From Waterburya sp. (GTDB lineage Bacteria > Cyanobacteriota > Cyanobacteriia > Cyanobacteriales > Xenococcaceae): a DNA stretch of 64,000 bases. This document shows positions 58,696 through 64,000 of the stretch, in pieces; within the stretch, counting starts at the first letter, position 1; each line of letters begins with the position of its first letter. The notes beneath the pieces are model-generated. The model was not told where the DNA came from. It did no database searches and saw nothing but the letters and a program-made list of their open reading frames with translations. A program made the position numbers and the translations under genes. Location: NCBI GenBank assembly GCA_965217895.1, contig CBDCJV010000002.1:3104001-3168000 (forward strand), given 5' to 3'.

Positions 58696-61101
58696 ATGAT
58701 TCACAAAGTTTTTGACTCGTCAAATGAAAAATCAAGTATTGACCAACAATTAGAAGAAAATATTTTTTTTAATTTGAGTGAGAATAATCTGTCAGATGAT
58801 GACTTGAGCGGTATGAATATAGCCAGAACAGAAAAGGCAAAGCAGCAGATTTGGCAGGGCATAAGAACAGAAAAAAAAGGTAATTTCGAACAAGCAATTG
58901 CTCATTATCGTCTGGCAATTGAGGAAGATCCAGAGTCTGCCAAGGCTTACCAACTGTTATCTAATGCTCTTAAAAAAATTCGCGAGCAACGTCAATATAG
59001 GTCAAGTAATTTAAATAAAATAAAAAGCGAAATCTCAGAAAGTTTAGTTAAATCATATGTGGCTTTTAAAGAAGTAACAGTTGAAGAAACTAAAGACGCT
59101 AATTTTAATCAAGTTTCCCAAGTTTCTGGTGGTCACAAATCAGCTAAACAAAAAACAGAGCCGAAAGCTCCGCCGTTAGACGGTTTAAGCTCTCAGCAAC
59201 CAATTTCTAATTTATCTCAGACCGATATGTTGTCATCGTCAATGGTCTTAAATCCAGGCAAAGAAACAGTTGTGCTGCCAAGCGTTAGTGCTTTACCATC
59301 AGGAGAACTGGTTTTGCAAAAAAGTCTTTCGGCTGCTGAAATATATGTAGAGCAAGCTTTGGCATATTTTGAGCAAAAACAGTGGGATGAGAGTATTGCT
59401 GCTTGTAAAGAGGCATTAAGGATCTGTCCAGATATTGGCGAAGCATACAAAGTATGGGGCAACTGTCTGCAACAGTCTGGACATAGTGCCAAAGCAATTG
59501 GCATTTATGCTAAGGCTTTAGAAGTCCAGCCAGACATGGCAGATATCTACTGCAACTTGGGAAGTATCTATGCCAAGCAGCAAAAGTGGCAACGCTCAAT
59601 TGAGTATTATCAAAAATCCAGCCTAATAAATCCTAAAAATGCTAGTTCTTACCGTAATTTAGCCAAAGTTTGGAACAGGCTGGGAGAGTACGAAAAATCG
59701 GCGGAATGCTTTTTTAAAGCTTTAGAGCTTGAGCCTGGCATGATCTCTGCCCAAAATCATTTCGATCTAGCTAATAATTTGCTGGAGGAAAACAAGCTAG
59801 ATAGAGCGATCGCCTGCTATAAATACTGTGTTTACCTGGAAGCTAATTATTTTAGAGCCTATGTCAAGTTGGCTGATGCCTTAGAAAAAAACGGTCAAAC
59901 TGAAGAAGCGTTATTTTATTATAAAAGGTTGGCTCAGTTACAGGCAAAAGAGCATCAGCCCCTAGAAGCTCAGGCAAAATCCACTCAGCAGATCCGTAGT
60001 TTTTTAACTTCAGAGACTGGATCTTCAAAGCCAAAAATGCTTCTTCAGGGTGACAGTCCTCAAAAGTCAAATCTTCAGCTACAGCCCGCCAAAGACTTGA
60101 AGCTTGAGTTACAAATTAAAAAGTGCTTAGAAGCAGTCAAGCAACAGCCAAAGTCAGGGGAGATTTGGCTACAGCTGGGGAATCTTTATCTGCGCAATCA
60201 GCAGTGGCAGAATGCTATATCTAGCTATGGTCAAGCAATTAAGATTTCACCCCAGGAAAAGAAGTACTACATTTGTCTTAGTAAAGCTTGGTTTAAGGCA
60301 AATGACGACGTTAAAGCCTGTCAATCTCTATTTCGAGGGTTTGCCCTAGAGCCTAAAGGGGTTTCTGCTAAAAATTATTATTTATTAGGCAACAAGCTAT
60401 TAGAGCAAAATCAAGTTAAACAAGCGATCGCCTGTTATCGTCAGGCAATTACCAATGAAGCCAATTTTATTCAAGCCTATTGGCAGCTTAGTAAAATTCT
60501 AACGACTCAAAAAAAGATTCCTGAGGCAATTAGCTATCTTCGGCGGGCAATCAAAATTCAGCCGAAATTTCAAAATGCTTACCTACGTTTGGGAGATCTG
60601 TTTCTCCTGCAAAAAGAATACGAAGGCGCATCTGCCTGTTATCGGCAGTTGGTTAAGCAAAACCCTCAGAGTAATCAGGGCTTTCATCGTCTGGGGGATG
60701 TCTTATTAAAGCAGGAAAAATGGTCAGAGGCTGCTGTGGCTTATCAAAAAGCAATTCGGTTATTCCCTAAGAATTCCTGGTCTTATCAAAATTGAGGAGA
60801 TGCCTTATTAAAGCAAAAAAAATGGTCAGAGGCTGCTCAATGTTATCAGGCGGCGATCGCTTTAAACCCAGATTTTGTTTGGTCTTATCAAAATTTAGGA
60901 GATGCCTTATCAAAGCAAGAAAAATGGTCAGAGGCAACTGTAGCTTATCGTCAGGTATTAAAATTGCGCTCTGATTTACCCTGGACACATCTAAATTTGG
61001 GCGATGCTTTAGCTAAACTTTTTAGTTGGCAAGAGGCAATTTCTAGCTATGCTTTAGCTATTAGGCTTAACCTAAATTTTTCAGAAGCTTATGCCCATTA
61101 A
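58696..61101 (+). pseudogene. Large TPR repeat protein with an internal in-frame TGA at 60793
   Basis: 699-aa TPR ORF; the same frame continues for three more TPRs to TAA 61099-61101. Confidence 0.7.
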
Positions 61102-61453
61102 ACAACTATCGTCTAAAGACACTAGAGAAGCTAGCTTGTTAGTAGAATCGCTTACTTTGAGATCGCGAGGTTAGAGAGAGTTTTCGGTATAATGCCCTAA
61201 TTGACTGTTTATCAAGCAACTCTAATGTCACAATTATCTATAATTGGAGCTATCGTATTAGCAATTTTTTGCGATCGCCAAAACTAATAAAAATAGTAAA
61301 AAGTAATTTTGGTAACAGCAAAAATTATAAAATGGTATATATTTCTATCTTAAATAAAATCAAAATACCAGCCTCTAAATTAAGGACAATTTATCAGTCT
61401 AAATTTTGTCAACATTTTTATTCGGATGAAGATTTAAAAATGTTTTTCAAGAA

Positions 61454-61894
61454 GTGGTCAGCAGAAAAAAAGTAACATCAACATCATCGGTAAAGATCAT
61501 GGAAGTATCAGGGATATTAACGCCAATCGAAGACATAAACGATGCACTTCTAAAAACAGTAGAATATAGAAAAAATGGAGACTTTGATAGTGCCATTTTG
61601 ATTTACCAAAAATTAATACAGCTTCAGCCTGGTAATTCAGTCTTTTACGATCGAATAGCCCAAACTCAAGCTCAACAAAGCAGTTTTTCTGAAGCAATAG
61701 ACAATTATAAGCAAGCAATCAATTTGGGGATTAAGAACCCTATTTGGACTTATAAAAACTTAGGCGATGCTTTAAGAGAAGAAAACAGAATAGAAAAAGC
61801 CGAATTAACCTATTTTGAAACGATTAAAGTTGATTCTAGCAATTCGTTTGTCTATGATTGTTTAGGGCGGGTTCAAGCTCAACAGCATATTTAG
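61454..61894 (+). pseudogene. TPR protein fragment
   Basis: AIDNYKQAI, WTYKNLGDAL; ends mid-repeat. Confidence 0.55.
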
Positions 61895-61895
61895 A

Positions 61896-62411
61896 ATAGG
61901 TTCTTGCAGGGTTTTTGATATACCAAATCACTTCAATAAAAATATTCAGTTTATTAATAGTCCAATTGGCTATACTCATTCTTTAGAAGAACATATACAG
62001 TTAATAAAATTTTTAAAGAAAGACCTAGTATTGCCTGAATATCTTTGTCAATATATTCTCACTTTCTGTGGTGGAGATGAAAAGAAAGAGAATATTAATG
62101 AGATAGTAGATTTCAATAGAAAGGTTTTAAATGAGGCAGACGTTTATTTAGTTGAGGTATGTACCTTAAAATTAATTCGCTATAAAAATGTGTTTCTCCA
62201 ACGAAGTAGATTTTTAGACTATAAGGTAAGAGGTATAGAAAAGCCTTCTCTAGAATTAGAGTCAGGTTATAAAGAATATGTTCAGAATGAAGATGATTTT
62301 GCTGAAATAGACTCTCCTGGTTCGAGAGTTACTTCTACACCTTTATTGTTGTCAGTATATGTAGTCATTTTTTATCCAAATTATTTATACCAATTTAAAT
62401 TAAACAGATGA
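61896..62411 (+). pseudogene. Fragment of an uncharacterised domain (GSCR...GYTHS motif)
   Basis: Open frame IGSCRVFD...GYTHSLEEHIQLIKFL continuous with ORF 62031..62411. Confidence 0.35.
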
Positions 62412-62488
62412 CACATCATTATTTGTAGGGGCGAATGGTAGTTCGCCCTTACGAGATATCTGTAGCAAACACCATTTGATTTGGTATA
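62386..62488. mobile_element. MITE-like element carrying a GTAG-type REP hairpin
   Basis: TIR TATACCAATTTAAAT / ATTTGATTTGGTATA (13/15); central GTAGGGGCGAA-6-TTCGCCCTTAC at 62425-62452. Confidence 0.65.
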
Positions 62489-62522
62489 GGAATCAAATTT
62501 GCCTATCTCACAAAGCATGAAT

Positions 62523-63995
62523 CTATTTTAGTAACTCTTCACCACGGCGAAATAATTCCCGCGCATAATCTGTCCAAGTGCCTTGTCCCCAATAGCGGAA
62601 ACAGCTAGTTTCTACTAGCATTACGTATAGCAATGCTTCCTGGTATTCCTTGGTTTTAGTTGTCGCAGGATCTTGAGCAACTAAAGCATCATATTTTTGA
62701 TGGAACATAGCACTTAGCTGATTCATCGGTTCGAGGACATTTTCGTAACCTTTAACCCAACTAAGGTCGTCTGTCCAAGATGCACCATCCATGTGAAACT
62801 GATGATCTGTTGACTGTAGAAGTGCGATCGCCTGTGCCACCTTTTCTGGTGTAGCATTATCAACATCGACTTGTTGCCAAATTTTGTGTTGTCCAACAGC
62901 CTGACAGATAGGATAGTCTTCTGGCTTGACTCCCGCAGCTTCTATTAGCTCAATATATTCCGTACCGTTAAGCCCGACAACACTATGATTATCTTTTAGT
63001 TCATGCCAAACGGGTTGATAGTCACGGGCAAATTCATTCATCATCACCCCGCCGTTTTCCCCGTCAGCGATTTGGCTAACGCAACTAGGTACAGATATAT
63101 CTCCTATTTTCTGTTTTCCTCTGCCTTTAGCTTCATGATATGGTTGCATTTGAGCCACAAGCTTGGTATCCGAACCTTGGGTTTTAATTAGTGCAGTGAT
63201 GCTAATAGTTTCTCCTCTAGAATTATGGGCAACTAGCCGATTAGGCAGATATTTATCATCATGATGTAAACTTGCACCATCTAATCTGGTGACAGAATGT
63301 TCCTGTACCAGTAGCCAACGATAGCCACACTCTTTAAGAGCTTTGATATATTCATAGAGAGTATCAGGATTGTTAGGCAGGTGCATTTCTGGAGGAGAAA
63401 AGCCTTTAACTCGCCCAAGTGCCTCAAAACCAAAGATAGCTGCAAAGTAATGTTGCCAAGCTTGAATCTGAAGTTTGATGTCGGGAATAGGTGTGGAGGG
63501 GACAACTGCATGACTCCACATCGTGCCTAGCCATTCAACATAAGGCTGATATTGTGAATTAGTAAGTTTCTTGAGGTTGTCTAAAATATCATTGCGTCCC
63601 ATTTGCTGAAAACCCCAAAGGAGATTTCCAGAATAGTCCAGCATAATGCGAGGATTACAACCATTCGCCACTAGTTCGGGTATCCAGTCCCCCATGCGAC
63701 TATAGCACCAGGCAAACACTCCTGCGTTATGATTGTCCCCATCATTGGGATGTTCAAACATATGTTGCAGGTTACATATTAGTTCGCCGTTTGCCCCTGC
63801 GGGGATTGTGGGCTGGTGCATATGCAGGGCGCAAGCAAAGCTGGCGTTTACCTGTTCAAGATTGATGTTGCTGTGGGGTAAAAATACAGGCTGATTGTGA
63901 TTGACTGCTGTGGCGATATCTGATTCCCAACCACAGATGTTGGGTAAACCATTAGTTGTTATTGATAAATTTTGAGGTTGTGTGGCGATTGGCAT
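62523..63995 (-). CDS. Glycoside hydrolase family 57 protein
   Basis: LHMHQP, FSPPEM, ADGENGG and ETSCFRYWG. Confidence 0.88.
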   Translation of the reverse strand: MPIATQPQNLSITTNGLPNICGWESDIATAVNHNQPVFLPHSNINLEQVNASFACALHMHQPTIPAGANGELICNLQHMFEHPNDGDNHNAGVFAWCYSRMGDWIPELVANGCNPRIMLDYSGNLLWGFQQMGRNDILDNLKKLTNSQYQPYVEWLGTMWSHAVVPSTPIPDIKLQIQAWQHYFAAIFGFEALGRVKGFSPPEMHLPNNPDTLYEYIKALKECGYRWLLVQEHSVTRLDGASLHHDDKYLPNRLVAHNSRGETISITALIKTQGSDTKLVAQMQPYHEAKGRGKQKIGDISVPSCVSQIADGENGGVMMNEFARDYQPVWHELKDNHSVVGLNGTEYIELIEAAGVKPEDYPICQAVGQHKIWQQVDVDNATPEKVAQAIALLQSTDHQFHMDGASWTDDLSWVKGYENVLEPMNQLSAMFHQKYDALVAQDPATTKTKEYQEALLYVMLVETSCFRYWGQGTWTDYARELFRRGEELLK

Positions 63996-64000
63996 GATTA

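Noticed and set aside
60767..60988. ORFs 60767..60988 (-) and 60792..60974 (+) with internal repeats
   Set aside because: Alternate-frame reflections of the TPR DNA repeat

Overview
This is an AT-rich cyanobacterial chromosomal window: HIP1 octamer GCGATCGC is very frequent, and ndhCKJ, sbtAB and crtO are present. Bases 1-30.5 kb are one large surface-polysaccharide locus. It holds about 12 GT2/GT4 glycosyltransferases, Wzx, a Wzy/O-antigen-ligase-like protein, a Wzc with degenerate kinase motifs and a membrane-anchored response regulator. It also holds a clan GH-A-like hydrolase, a sulfotransferase, a Wzm/Wzt ABC exporter and two tandem kinase-like/methyltransferase paralogs with complementary motif loss. 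The locus ends in a pseudogene cut by two nested IS6 relics. The rest is mostly housekeeping: crtO, HelY-like helicase, nurA, Sua5/YciO, larC, ndhCKJ, photolyase, ruvX, dnaG and GH57. It also carries a GC-rich sbtAB cassette, an sucCD pair lacking the canonical catalytic motifs, a YefM/YoeB toxin-antitoxin pair, a gntR-uraD-cupin unit, several gene relics and several structured palindromic intergenic elements. All calls come from motif recognition by eye; no database searches were run.
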